Shown: positions 39,972 to 49,785, counted from the first letter of the stretch. The stretch is 64,000 nucleotides of DNA from Myxococcota bacterium (GCA_039028615.1 JBCCHT010000001.1:256001-320000), one strand, 5' to 3'. Numbers and translations are program-made. Notes: generated by a model from the sequence alone, not told the origin.

Positions 39972-40138
39972 GACCGAAGACTCCTTCTGCGCGGCGATGC
40001 TCGGTCATCTGCATCGCCGCAGGAGGTGTCTCGACGCCCGGCCTGCCTGCTGTACGAACCCGGCTCGGCGTGGTCGCGAGGGTGAACCGAGGGTCGGGCT
40101 GACGACACTCGGTCCACTCGACGCGTACGGGTAGTCGG

Positions 40139-41047
40139 CTACGCCCGAGCCACGAGCAGCTGGATCGGCGTCTCGAACACGACGCTCCCCTGGCTGTCTG
40201 CGTGGACTGCCGCAAGCTCGGTGATGGCCTCGCGAAGCTCTTGCTTCTGCGACGTATCGAGTAAGTCGACGAGATAGCTGTCGCGCCACTGCTCCCACGC
40301 CTTCTCGACGGCGAAGCGCTTTCGAATGACGAGCCCGTCGTTCACGTCGGCCTCCACGAAGCCGCGCTCGCGGGAGAACACCGAGCGAAGGCCATCGGGG
40401 TTTCGAGTGGCGGGGTCTCCCATTTGCAGGCCCTCGATCTCGAAGCCTTTGTCGAGGAAGAAACGCCGAATGAGCGGCCCGAACTTGGTGATCGCTCCCG
40501 CTGGCGGGCGCGAGCTGGAAATCATAGCGACGAAGACCCCGCCCGTCTTCAGCACCCGACGAATCTCGGACGCGACCGGCTCGAGCGGGCGCATCAACAT
40601 GAGCGCAGCATGACAGACGATGGCATCGACGGAGCCCGTCGTCAGTGACATGGAGTGCGCCTGTTCGCAGATGAAGCGAACATTGGGCTGCGCCTCCCAC
40701 TTGCTCCGTGCGAGTTCGATCTCGTCGGGAGACATGTCGACACCAATGAACTGTGCGTCGCGGCAGCGCGTCTTCATGAGGCGCCCGATGAGATGCCCGT
40801 CGCCGCAGGCGAGGTCGACGATGGTGCCGAGCTCTTCCTTCGAATCGAGGAGTCCTCGAACGACGAGCTGATAGGAGTCGACGCCGTCGAGGACATCGTG
40901 ACCGGCGAACACCTCGGGGCTCGCCCCCGCCAGTCGGCCGTGTGCACTCCGGAGGTAGGCATTCCAGTCCTCGTCGCCGAGGGTCTCGCCTCTGAGCATT
41001 CGCGCCGCGTGATCGGAGCCGCCGTCCTTACCCTCGTCGAATTTCAT
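40139..41047 (-). CDS. Class I SAM-dependent methyltransferase
   Basis: VDLACGDG, GVDMS, RRVLKTGG. Confidence 0.85.
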   Translation of the reverse strand: MKFDEGKDGGSDHAARMLRGETLGDEDWNAYLRSAHGRLAGASPEVFAGHDVLDGVDSYQLVVRGLLDSKEELGTIVDLACGDGHLIGRLMKTRCRDAQFIGVDMSPDEIELARSKWEAQPNVRFICEQAHSMSLTTGSVDAIVCHAALMLMRPLEPVASEIRRVLKTGGVFVAMISSSRPPAGAITKFGPLIRRFFLDKGFEIEGLQMGDPATRNPDGLRSVFSRERGFVEADVNDGLVIRKRFAVEKAWEQWRDSYLVDLLDTSQKQELREAITELAAVHADSQGSVVFETPIQLLVARA

Positions 41048-41082
41048 CTGAACCTCGTCGTCTCGCCGTCACCGACAGCCAG

Positions 41083-42447
41083 CTATGCATCCGGGGCTTT
41101 GCCCCGTGCCTCTCTCATGAACGCCTCGATGTCCGCAGGAAGCCGGGGAATCTTCTCCGACATCACCGTGACGCCGTCCTCGGTCACGAGGATGTTGTCT
41201 TCGATGCGCGCCCCGATGTTCCACCAGTCTGGGTTCACGTCGGGCGTGCCGCTTCGGACGTAGATGCCGGGCTCGAGCGTCATGACCATATTCGGGAGCA
41301 GCTGTCGCCAGCGGTTTTCGTCGATGGCGTAGGTGGCTTCATCGTGGATGTCGAGCCCCAGCCAGTGCCCCATGTTGTGCATGAAGAACCGCCGCCACGT
41401 CTCCTTCTCCAGGTGCTCGTCGTAGCTGCCCGAGATGACCCCGAGGTCGAGGAGACCCGAGATGACGCGGTCGGGCACGATGCCCTGCGGGACGTCCAGA
41501 GTCACTCCGGGGCTGACCAGCGACATCAGCTCGCGCTCGATCGACAGCACGAGCTCGTACAGCGCCCGCTGCCGCCCCGAGAACCGACCGTTGGCGGGAT
41601 AGGTCACGGTGAGGTCCGACGTATAGAACTCGTACTCCGCCCCGGTATCGATCAGCACGAGGTCACCGTCTCGTACCGGCCCCGCGTTGCGCTCGCGATA
41701 GTGCGACAGGCAACCATCCACGCCCGAGATCACGGTGGGCGCGAACGATGGCTCCGCGCCTCGTCGCAGGTACTCCCGGGTGAGCTCGGCCTCCAGCTCG
41801 TACTCGTGCATGCCGGGACGCGTCGCGCTCATCACGTGCAGCAGGCCATCGACGGTGATGTCGACGGCGTGCTGCAGCAGCGCAATCTCGGCCGCCGACT
41901 TGTATAGCCGGAGTTCGGAGACCAGGGTCTCGAGCTGAGACAGGTTGGTCGGGGCCACCACGCCGCGGCGAACTTTGTACTGCACCGAGCGCAGCCACTG
42001 GGGCAGCCTCGCATGTACGACGTCGTCACGACCGAAGAGGTAGTAGACCGTGTTGATGCCGTCGAGCAGCGGGGGACCGATGTCGTCGAGTTGTTCGACG
42101 AGATATCCACGGTCCGCCCCGAAGACCTCCACCGCTTCGGTGGGTCCGCTCCGCTTGCCGAGCCACGCCTCGCGCTCCGGGACGGGGCGGCGAGTGAACA
42201 GGAGGTACTCGCAGTCGGACGCCGAGCGCCGAACGAAGACGGCCCACGCCTCCGGCTCGATGAACCCGGTGACATGGTAGAAGTGGCTTCGCGGCCTGAA
42301 CCGGTAGCAGGTGTCGAAGGTCCGCTCGACTTGGTCGGCGGTCCGCAAGATGGCCACGCTCCCGTCACACATGCGCTCGAACAGCGCTCGTCGTCGCGCG
42401 GCGAACTCGGCCGCGCCCACGGGCTCGGGTGACGGTGCGTCGGTCAC
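41083..42447 (-). CDS. pepP: Xaa-Pro aminopeptidase (aminopeptidase P, M24)
   Basis: LIDTGAE..YTSDLT, HNMGHWLGLDIHD, TLEPGIY, RIEDNI. Confidence 0.9.
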   Translation of the reverse strand: MTDAPSPEPVGAAEFAARRRALFERMCDGSVAILRTADQVERTFDTCYRFRPRSHFYHVTGFIEPEAWAVFVRRSASDCEYLLFTRRPVPEREAWLGKRSGPTEAVEVFGADRGYLVEQLDDIGPPLLDGINTVYYLFGRDDVVHARLPQWLRSVQYKVRRGVVAPTNLSQLETLVSELRLYKSAAEIALLQHAVDITVDGLLHVMSATRPGMHEYELEAELTREYLRRGAEPSFAPTVISGVDGCLSHYRERNAGPVRDGDLVLIDTGAEYEFYTSDLTVTYPANGRFSGRQRALYELVLSIERELMSLVSPGVTLDVPQGIVPDRVISGLLDLGVISGSYDEHLEKETWRRFFMHNMGHWLGLDIHDEATYAIDENRWRQLLPNMVMTLEPGIYVRSGTPDVNPDWWNIGARIEDNILVTEDGVTVMSEKIPRLPADIEAFMREARGKAPDA

Positions 42448-42451
42448 GGGC

Positions 42452-43831
42452 TCAGAACTCCGCGTAGGCCTCGACGATGGAGCGCATGCTCGACCCCGAG
42501 CGCAATAGGCGGAGCGCGTGGCCTCCCGGGCACTCGAGCTGCTCTGCGCGTCGATACAGCGGCTTGAGGAAGACCTCTTCTCCTCGGCCGCGCTCTTGCA
42601 GACCGCGATGAGAGAGTTCGACGAGGCGCTCGAGGACCTTGCGCATCTCCGCCGCCGGGGCGATTTCTTCCTGGCGGCCGACGTTCACCAGCCGTCGGAG
42701 CTCGGAGTTCGACAGAGACGTGCCGAGCGCGTCGAGCACTTCCTCCACCTCGAGGAGATGCTCGCGACATCCGAGCACGAACGCGGCCGGAGCGAACGCG
42801 TCTCGCAGCGGCTGCTCGCAGAACGAGCGAATCTCCACCGTCTTGTGCTTCGTGAGCGTGATGTTCTTGAAGCCCTTGAACCCCTCGAGGTGCTCGAGGC
42901 TCGGATGGACGACCGTCTCGCGGGGCTTGGTCCAGTCCTCCATGAACCACCCGGGGAGGGTCTCCGTCTCGGGCATCAGCAAGTAGTCGCGGAGCGGGAG
43001 CGGACGGAAGCAGATGAGCCCCGGGTCGGGCGTCTTCCACATCGCGAGGTCGGCCATGGCCTCGCAGACGTCCGTGACGCTGCGAAAGTCCCGGTCGTGT
43101 GGACCGAGGTTGCCCTCGAGCGTCCCGTAGACGCTGTCCGCATAGAACAGGTCTCGGCTTCCCACCCACGGCCCGACCGCCTCCCCCTCGCGCGGAGGCA
43201 CGATGGAGTTGGAGAACAGTAGAGCGAAGATCCAGTCGAGCTTCGAGTAGACGCGGAACACATCGGGCAGCTCGTCGACACTACAGTCGACGTGCACCTG
43301 CGAGGCGTTGACGAACGCGAAGAAGTCTCGATGATAAAACTGTGACTGTTTCGGGTGCACCTGCGCGAAGTGACGAAGCAGTCGATAGTTCGAGACCTCC
43401 AGGGGGTCGGTGTTCATCGTCTGGAAGTTGGGGTGGAGCCCCAACCCAGACAAGACCACGCCCTCGGGGGCCAAGGCCTGCTGCATGCAACGAAGGTAGT
43501 CGTAGCTGCGCTCGGCGACCTCGTTCAGGTCCTGCCCCGGTGCGAGCGCCAGCTCGATCATGTGGAAGCAGTACTCGAACGCGATGAAGTCACCGTTGCG
43601 GGTATTCGTGGCCGCGACGAGTCGGCCCGACGCGTCGCGCTTCCCGGGCTCGAGGGCAAAGGTCTCGACGAGACGCTCCAGCGCCGCGACGGCCACGTCG
43701 GGTTCGACGGAGCCGCCATCGAGCGCGACCAGAGGGATCTCGAGCTCGATACCGAAATCAGAGCCGGACTTTCGAACCATCGGCTCGACGTAACGTTCAA
43801 AGAGAATTTCGGCCGCGTGCATGGGAATCAA
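42452..43831 (-). CDS. Glutamate--cysteine ligase-like (gamma-glutamyl ligase) protein
   Basis: FGIELEIPL, IELA, ASQVHVD, ALLFSNS, VEIRSFCEQP. Confidence 0.75.
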   Translation of the reverse strand: MIPMHAAEILFERYVEPMVRKSGSDFGIELEIPLVALDGGSVEPDVAVAALERLVETFALEPGKRDASGRLVAATNTRNGDFIAFEYCFHMIELALAPGQDLNEVAERSYDYLRCMQQALAPEGVVLSGLGLHPNFQTMNTDPLEVSNYRLLRHFAQVHPKQSQFYHRDFFAFVNASQVHVDCSVDELPDVFRVYSKLDWIFALLFSNSIVPPREGEAVGPWVGSRDLFYADSVYGTLEGNLGPHDRDFRSVTDVCEAMADLAMWKTPDPGLICFRPLPLRDYLLMPETETLPGWFMEDWTKPRETVVHPSLEHLEGFKGFKNITLTKHKTVEIRSFCEQPLRDAFAPAAFVLGCREHLLEVEEVLDALGTSLSNSELRRLVNVGRQEEIAPAAEMRKVLERLVELSHRGLQERGRGEEVFLKPLYRRAEQLECPGGHALRLLRSGSSMRSIVEAYAEF

Positions 43832-46371
43832 CCGTGACGGGATGCAGAGCGCGGAGTCGAAGTCTCGGCTTCGACATCATCACCGCGGCGGGCGGTCGCA
43901 TCGACCGCGCACACGCGAAGCTCACACGTGTAAGAGCGCCCGGAGGCGTCGGGAAGCCAGGTCTCGTGGGGCCCGGGCAGCATCTCGGAGACGTCGACGT
44001 ACTCGACCTTCGACGTGATGTAGAGCAGCGCCTCCACGAGGAAGGGGTTGTCGAAGTCGATCATGATCGGCTTCCGCTCGCTCGGGCTCTTGACGAAGAC
44101 GCGACGGGGAAGACCGTGGGTCTGCGCCCAGCGACGCACGGAGAGAAAGCTCGCCGCATCTCCCCCCGCGGCCTTCGTGGGACAAGGCAGGCGCCACCGT
44201 TCGCGGGAGATGACGACCCCATCGACGGTGACCCGGGGCAGGCGCTCGCTGTCGAGGAGCTGAAACGACTCCGGCGCAGCGTTGACCAGGTAGTTGTCGA
44301 GCACCACGCGAAAGTCCAGCGTCAGGCGCCCATCTCGTGTCGCCACCACGAGCGTGCCCTCGGCGTCACGAGTGACGACGAGGTCTCCGATCGCGAGGGT
44401 CCGCGCCACCGCCGGATCCGGGGGAGGCCACGAAGTGTCCAGCACCGTGAGGGACGGGCAGTTGGGCGGCACGTGATGCCGCGCGCGTTGAAACTCTTCT
44501 CCCGGCGGAGCGGGGCGAACGACCTGCGGCAGGTCCTGCGCGTAGGCCTGCGTCGCGACGGCGAGCACGTCTGGGGAGAGCTTCAGGATGCATGGGAACA
44601 GCACCGTGTTCGCGCAGGGGTGAATCTCACCGAGCACGGGCAGGAAGTCGCCGCTCGCCATGGCTTCCGCGCTCGATGCCGCGAACATCAGGTCGGGAGA
44701 CTGAAAGCAGGCGTTCGGCCACCCCGGCTCGCTCGCCTCGAGCAGCGGCCCCAGGCGCTTCCTCATCTCGGTCACCGTCAGCTCGACGGGCGCGTAGTCG
44801 GCATCGACATTGAGCGAGTCCAGCCACGCCCGCTGGAAGTCGACGAGCAAGACCTCACCGCGAGCTTGGTTGAGGAATCGTTCGGACGCCGTCGCGAGAA
44901 AGCGCGGGAAGTCGGCCCTTCCCGTGGCGTCCGCGAGCTCGGTCTGCAGCGCATCGAACTCGGGGAGCAGGTCCTCCCACAGCCGGGCCGTGTAAGCACG
45001 GATCGTGTCGTAGACGAGCTCGAGCGGCTCGAGGCGCGGCAAGACGTCTTCGCTGACGTTCATGCCGACATCTCGAGCGCATTCGAGGTACGCGATGCTT
45101 CGCGCTTCGTAGGTCTTGCCTCCGCCGCGGCGTGCCGACCATCCCGTGACCTCCTCGAAGAAACGCTCGAGTTCGGTCAACGCCGCCTTCACCTCCGCGA
45201 CGCCTCGAGACTCTTCGAGGGCGGTCCGCAGCTGCTCGAGCCGCTCGAGTCGCGCCTCCCACGGCGCATGGGCATCCGGGGGGAGAATGTTGGCGAGCTC
45301 CGTCCGTAGGGTCAGGTTCGGACGCGTGTCGAGCACGGGCACGATGGGCACGCGGGTGATGGCTCCACGCTCCTCGATCGAACTCAGGGCGGATTCGAGG
45401 TCGGCCGGGCTGTCGAAGACCGACTCGGCCTTGCACAGCAGTTTCTCGAGTTTGTGGATTGCACGGGTCCCATCACACAACCCCACGAGGCGTACCCAGG
45501 CCGGAGGAAGCTCCTCCGTCCGCCCATCGGCATGACGGAGCGTGTGCCCCTCCACGTAGACCGTGGGCATCTTGCGGGGTCGCAGATGCGGCTTTGCCTG
45601 GGGATCGCGTGCGACGGCCTGCGCGATCTGGACCATCGCCCAGTGCTCCAGGAACACCTCGCGCTTTCGCAGCAACGAGGCACCCGGCTCGAAGCTCGAG
45701 GGCCCATCGACGAACTCGCCGACCGAAGCCGCACCGAAGTAGCCAATCGTGTCGTTCTTGGCCAAGAAGCGCTGCAGGTACATCATGGCGAGCCGCTCGC
45801 CCGTACGCACCGAGTGATTCCGCTCGACGGGAAGACCATCGCCGATGAGGGCCTCGACCCGCGTGGAGGCGGTGGGGCTCTGCCAGTGCACCGCTTCGCG
45901 CACCGCGTCGTCGGAGACGAGCTCCCGCAAGGTCTGCCGCACTCGGGGCAGCTCTTCGCCCCACGCGGACATGAAGCTGTCGAACGCGGCCTCTCTCGAT
46001 TCTTCCGCGACGACCCATTGTCCGAGTTGCGGAATTCGGCCGCCCAACGCCGCGAGATCCTCCTCGCGCAAACGCTTGCTCGCCCGAAGCTTGGTTCGGG
46101 CCCGCCGTGCCCGGATCTTGAGGGCACGACGCTCCGCTTCGTCGACCTCCTCGTAGGCATACTGCTGCAGGGCCTTCAGCGCCTGCTGTCGGGCGAGTGC
46201 GGCTTCGTGGGTCCGAGAGGCAAGCTCGTCTGCCGCAGCGGAAGCGGCATCGACACAAAGGCGCCCGAGCCCCTCGATGGGAAAGCCCGCCGAGCGTACG
46301 AGGAACCACTGCCAATACCGCCATCGCGATGCTGAGGAGCCGCGGTGATGGGACAGTGAAGGAGTCTGCAT
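43828..46371 (-). CDS. Stand-alone LanB glutamylation-domain protein (peptide aminoacyl-tRNA ligase, PEARL-like)
   Basis: LVRSAGFP, VREAVHWQ, YLQRFLAKNDTIGYFG, QSPDLM, VLGEIH, PRVTVDGVVISRERW, FVKSPSERKP, SEMLPGP..W...G..YTCELR; ends without an elimination domain. Confidence 0.85.
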   Translation of the reverse strand: MQTPSLSHHRGSSASRWRYWQWFLVRSAGFPIEGLGRLCVDAASAAADELASRTHEAALARQQALKALQQYAYEEVDEAERRALKIRARRARTKLRASKRLREEDLAALGGRIPQLGQWVVAEESREAAFDSFMSAWGEELPRVRQTLRELVSDDAVREAVHWQSPTASTRVEALIGDGLPVERNHSVRTGERLAMMYLQRFLAKNDTIGYFGAASVGEFVDGPSSFEPGASLLRKREVFLEHWAMVQIAQAVARDPQAKPHLRPRKMPTVYVEGHTLRHADGRTEELPPAWVRLVGLCDGTRAIHKLEKLLCKAESVFDSPADLESALSSIEERGAITRVPIVPVLDTRPNLTLRTELANILPPDAHAPWEARLERLEQLRTALEESRGVAEVKAALTELERFFEEVTGWSARRGGGKTYEARSIAYLECARDVGMNVSEDVLPRLEPLELVYDTIRAYTARLWEDLLPEFDALQTELADATGRADFPRFLATASERFLNQARGEVLLVDFQRAWLDSLNVDADYAPVELTVTEMRKRLGPLLEASEPGWPNACFQSPDLMFAASSAEAMASGDFLPVLGEIHPCANTVLFPCILKLSPDVLAVATQAYAQDLPQVVRPAPPGEEFQRARHHVPPNCPSLTVLDTSWPPPDPAVARTLAIGDLVVTRDAEGTLVVATRDGRLTLDFRVVLDNYLVNAAPESFQLLDSERLPRVTVDGVVISRERWRLPCPTKAAGGDAASFLSVRRWAQTHGLPRRVFVKSPSERKPIMIDFDNPFLVEALLYITSKVEYVDVSEMLPGPHETWLPDASGRSYTCELRVCAVDATARRGDDVEAETSTPRSASRHG

Positions 46372-46583
46372 GTAGTTACCCAAGATGTACGCACGCTCAG
46401 CGACACACCCAGACGACGGTGGCTTAGCATGGACTCGGCCTACGTTCAAACGGTAGAACGGCCCCCAGAGTTCCCCTGGTGACGTTCTGAGGGCAAACGG
46501 CCCGGTGTCCGCTCGGCCCCGCGCAACGCCCAGCGCCTATGAAAACCGCGCCCTCGGATCACGACCGAATTCGAGGGTGTGGC

Positions 46584-47828
46584 TCAGCCTTTGGTGGCGA
46601 CCGGGAGGTGAAAGCGAAAGCGGTTGTCTTCAATGAGACGGGAGTAGCTGCCGAATGTCGCATCTGGATTACTCACGCGATCCAGACTGGTTTCTTCGTC
46701 CGGCACGTGATCCCCGGAAAAGCGGCGAAGTGTTCGATAACGAGTATCGCGCTCGACCGGCACACGGCCGGCCTCGCGAATGATCCGTCGAAGACTCGCG
46801 GGAGATTGGAATTGCCCATGCCGAGCCCCCGCGGAAGTGGAGATACTCTCATTGATGAGTGTGCCCCCTAGATCATTGGCACCACAGCTCAGCATTGCTT
46901 GCGCCATATTGACCCCTTCTTTGACCCAGGACACCTGAATATTGCGGAAGGTGGCACCGAGCATGAGTCGCGCAATCGCGTACAGCCGCGTCACTTCATT
47001 CGCCGTCGGGCCGGGGCGGAGCGAGGGCAGAAGCCGTCGCATGTGCATCGGTGCTTCTTCGTGGACGAACGACAGCGGCACGAACTCCGTGAACCCTCCC
47101 GTTTCACTCTGTAGCCGCCGCAGATAGTCGAGATGCCGCATCCGCTGCAGGTCGTTCTCGATGTGGCCATGCATCAACGTCGCGGTCGTGGGCACCCCCG
47201 CGGCGTGCGCGGCCCGAATCACCTCGGTCCACTCTGCCGTCGTGATCCGACCCGGAGCGATTTTGTCGCGCACGCCGTCGTCGAACACCTCCGCTGCGGT
47301 CCCAGGCAAGCTGTCGACACCGGCCTCTTTGAGTTCGACGATGAACTCTGCGATTGACACCCCTCGGAGCTCGGCGCCGAACTTCACCTCTTCTGGGGAG
47401 AACGCATGCACATGCAGCGCGGGCACGGCCGCCTTCACCGCCTGCACGAGATCGACGTAGTAGTCGGGGTCCTGGCCCGGAGCGAGCCCGCCTTGAATGC
47501 AGACTTCGGTCGCCCCGTAGTCGTGGGCCTCCTTGGCGCGACGCACAATCTCGTCGGTATCGAGAAAGTAGCCCTCTTCGCTGCGGCGTGTTCGCGAAAA
47601 GGCGCAGAACCGACAGCCCTTGATGCAGACGTTGGTGAAGTTGATGTTCCGATTGATGACGTAGCCGACGTCGTCGCCCACCTGCTGCCGTCGAAGCTCG
47701 TCCGCCGTCTGCATCAGGGCATGAAGCTCGGGGCCGTTGACCGTGCACAGCCGGACGGCGTCGTCGACCGCGAGTTCACGGCCGTTCAGCACGCCGTCGA
47801 GGATGGTCCTGATTTCTCGATCAGACAT
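46584..47828 (-). CDS. cofH: FO synthase subunit 2 (radical SAM)
   Basis: NRNINFTNVCIKGCRFCAF, SLPGTAAE, GGFTEFVPL, NIQVSWVK, NDLGGTL. Confidence 0.93.
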   Translation of the reverse strand: MSDREIRTILDGVLNGRELAVDDAVRLCTVNGPELHALMQTADELRRQQVGDDVGYVINRNINFTNVCIKGCRFCAFSRTRRSEEGYFLDTDEIVRRAKEAHDYGATEVCIQGGLAPGQDPDYYVDLVQAVKAAVPALHVHAFSPEEVKFGAELRGVSIAEFIVELKEAGVDSLPGTAAEVFDDGVRDKIAPGRITTAEWTEVIRAAHAAGVPTTATLMHGHIENDLQRMRHLDYLRRLQSETGGFTEFVPLSFVHEEAPMHMRRLLPSLRPGPTANEVTRLYAIARLMLGATFRNIQVSWVKEGVNMAQAMLSCGANDLGGTLINESISTSAGARHGQFQSPASLRRIIREAGRVPVERDTRYRTLRRFSGDHVPDEETSLDRVSNPDATFGSYSRLIEDNRFRFHLPVATKG

Positions 47829-48975
47829 GGGAGATTTCCTCGGACGCCAGGCGTGACCGCGCGGCATGGACCTGCTCGTGCAGCTGCGGATCCAGCCACA
47901 CCTCGTCGATGTAGCGATCGTAGATCGGCAGCCGGGGTTGGAGCGTGAAGCCCTGCTCTTCGCATCGTTGCGCCATCCGCTTCAGGTGCGGCCAAGGATG
48001 CCTCGGGTTGATGTAGTCGGGTGTGACCGGCGAAATGCCCCCGAAGTCGTTGATGCCCGCGCCGAGGAGCGCTCGAATCGAAGACGGGTTGAGGTTCGGC
48101 GGCGCTTGGATCGAGATCTCGGGGTCGAGGATCAGGCGCGCCAGCGCGACCGTGTCGAGGATGACGTCCTCGTCGGGTTCGGGAGCGTCCGCCATGCGGG
48201 TCCCGGCCACCGCCCGAAAGTTCTGCACGATGACCTCTTGGATGTGCCCGTGTTCGCGATGGCTGCGACGAATCGCGAGCAGACTCTGCACCCGCTCGCG
48301 CCGCGTCTCGCCGATGCCGACCAGGATTCCCGTGGTCATCGGGATGCGCAACGCTCCCGCCTGGTCGATCATGCGCATGCGCTTGGCGGGGCGCTTGTCC
48401 GGGGCGCGGTGATGCGGCATGCCCCGTTCGCACAGCCGAGGGCTGATGTTCTCGAGCATGATGCCGAGGCTCACGTTGACTTCTCGCAGCCGTCGCATCG
48501 CCTCGACATCGAGGATGCCCGCGTTGGTATGCGGCAACAGGCCGAGGCTCAGCGCACGCTGGCCGGCCCAGACCAGATAGTCGACCGTACTCCCCTGCCC
48601 CAGTTGCTGGAGGGTCTTGCGGTACGAGCCGAACGCGGTCTCCGGTGTGTCGCCGAGGCAGAGCAGAGCCTCTGCGCAGCCCTCGCCACGGGCGCGATTC
48701 AGGGCTTGCTCGACCTGCTCGGGCGTCATCGTCCACTCCCCCGGGTCACCCGGTGAGCGACGGAACGAACAGTAGTCGCAGCGATTGCGGCACAAGTTCG
48801 TCAGCGGCAAAAAGACCTTGGGCGAAAACGTGACCGTGTTGCCGAAGTAGCGGTCTCGCAAGGCCGCCGCCTCGGCGCGCAACTCGGCCGCTGGCACCCC
48901 GGTCTCGACCAGGGCCAGCGCCTCCCCTTCGAGGAGTAACGGTGGTGATTGCACGCGGGGCGCTTGGAGCTGCAT
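47821..48975 (-). CDS. cofG: FO synthase subunit 1 (radical SAM)
   Basis: FLPLTNLCRNRCDYC, PHTNAG, TTGILVGIGE, QEVIVQNF, QAPPNL, GGISPVTPDYINP. Confidence 0.93.
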   Translation of the reverse strand: MQLQAPRVQSPPLLLEGEALALVETGVPAAELRAEAAALRDRYFGNTVTFSPKVFLPLTNLCRNRCDYCSFRRSPGDPGEWTMTPEQVEQALNRARGEGCAEALLCLGDTPETAFGSYRKTLQQLGQGSTVDYLVWAGQRALSLGLLPHTNAGILDVEAMRRLREVNVSLGIMLENISPRLCERGMPHHRAPDKRPAKRMRMIDQAGALRIPMTTGILVGIGETRRERVQSLLAIRRSHREHGHIQEVIVQNFRAVAGTRMADAPEPDEDVILDTVALARLILDPEISIQAPPNLNPSSIRALLGAGINDFGGISPVTPDYINPRHPWPHLKRMAQRCEEQGFTLQPRLPIYDRYIDEVWLDPQLHEQVHAARSRLASEEISHV

Positions 48976-48996
48976 GGCTTCGTGCGAACTCGCGAC

Positions 48997-49785
48997 TCAG
49001 TCGCGCTTCGCTGCGCAGGCGGACACGAATGCCTCGTACACGCGAGTGAACCCCACGTGGTTTCGCCCGGAGCGTTCGATGTCGCCCTGAATGCCCACGA
49101 TGAAGTGGTCGGGGTCTGCCGACTCGATGCACTCCACCACGCCGTCGGGCGAGCGCCCGGAGACGATCAGCCCTTCACCGATCGTGTCGACCGCCTGGTG
49201 ATGCATCGAGGGCATGATTCCGCTCTTGCTCTGGAACGCCGCGTGCACTCGAGTGCCCTCGACGATCTCGAACGGGTGGTGATGGATGTACCCGTTGTTG
49301 TCGAGCTCGTGCATGAGGGTCGCGACGTCGGAGACTTCCTGATGGAGCGTGCCTCCGTGCGCGACGTTGAGCAGCTGCATGCCGCGGCACAGCCCCATGA
49401 TCGGCAGGCCCCGGCTCTTCGCCTCGCGGAAAATCGCCAGCTCGAAGTGGTCCCGCACCTTGTTGGGGCCCATCATCGGGGGACGCAGGTAGGGCTTGCC
49501 GAAGACGATGGCCTCGCCGCTGTAGTTGACCTTTTGCTCCTGGCCGTAGTTGGACGGGTCGACGTCCTGGCCCCCGGGGAAGAGCACCCCGTCCAAAGCG
49601 GCCACCAGGTCGGGAACGTGCTCGATCGGCGAAACGTCGGTGAGCAGCACCGGATTGCCTCCTGCGGCCGCGATCGGCTCGAGCATCGCCGTGGTGAGTA
49701 TGGTGACTTGGCGACGCAGCGCGCCGTGGACGTTCACCCAGGTGGTGAGCCCTGGAACTCCGATGAGCGGTTTTCTTGAAGGCAT
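48997..49785 (-). CDS. Gamma-glutamyl-GABA hydrolase (PuuD/C26, GATase1) family protein
   Basis: PGGQDVDP, RDHFE, GLCRGMQLLNVAHGGTL, SMHHQAV; QGDIE in place of QWHPE. Confidence 0.85.
   Translation of the reverse strand: MPSRKPLIGVPGLTTWVNVHGALRRQVTILTTAMLEPIAAAGGNPVLLTDVSPIEHVPDLVAALDGVLFPGGQDVDPSNYGQEQKVNYSGEAIVFGKPYLRPPMMGPNKVRDHFELAIFREAKSRGLPIMGLCRGMQLLNVAHGGTLHQEVSDVATLMHELDNNGYIHHHPFEIVEGTRVHAAFQSKSGIMPSMHHQAVDTIGEGLIVSGRSPDGVVECIESADPDHFIVGIQGDIERSGRNHVGFTRVYEAFVSACAAKRD

Noticed and set aside
43834..45309. Long plus-strand ORFs opposite the PEARL (and similar ORFs opposite the ABC, lactonase and cof genes)
   Set aside because: They are Arg/Gly-rich antisense frames without domain signatures.
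43828..46371. Calling this a class I lanthipeptide dehydratase LanB for the left-edge precursor
   Set aside because: There is no elimination domain in the protein or window, the motifs fit small LanB/PEARL, and it lies 43 kb from the LanC-like gene.
46372..46583. Possible PEARL scaffold peptide immediately upstream of the PEARL (also checked 36.8-37.0 kb and 49.8-50.1 kb)
   Set aside because: I found no convincing short ORF with an SD or an acidic scaffold-like sequence by eye.
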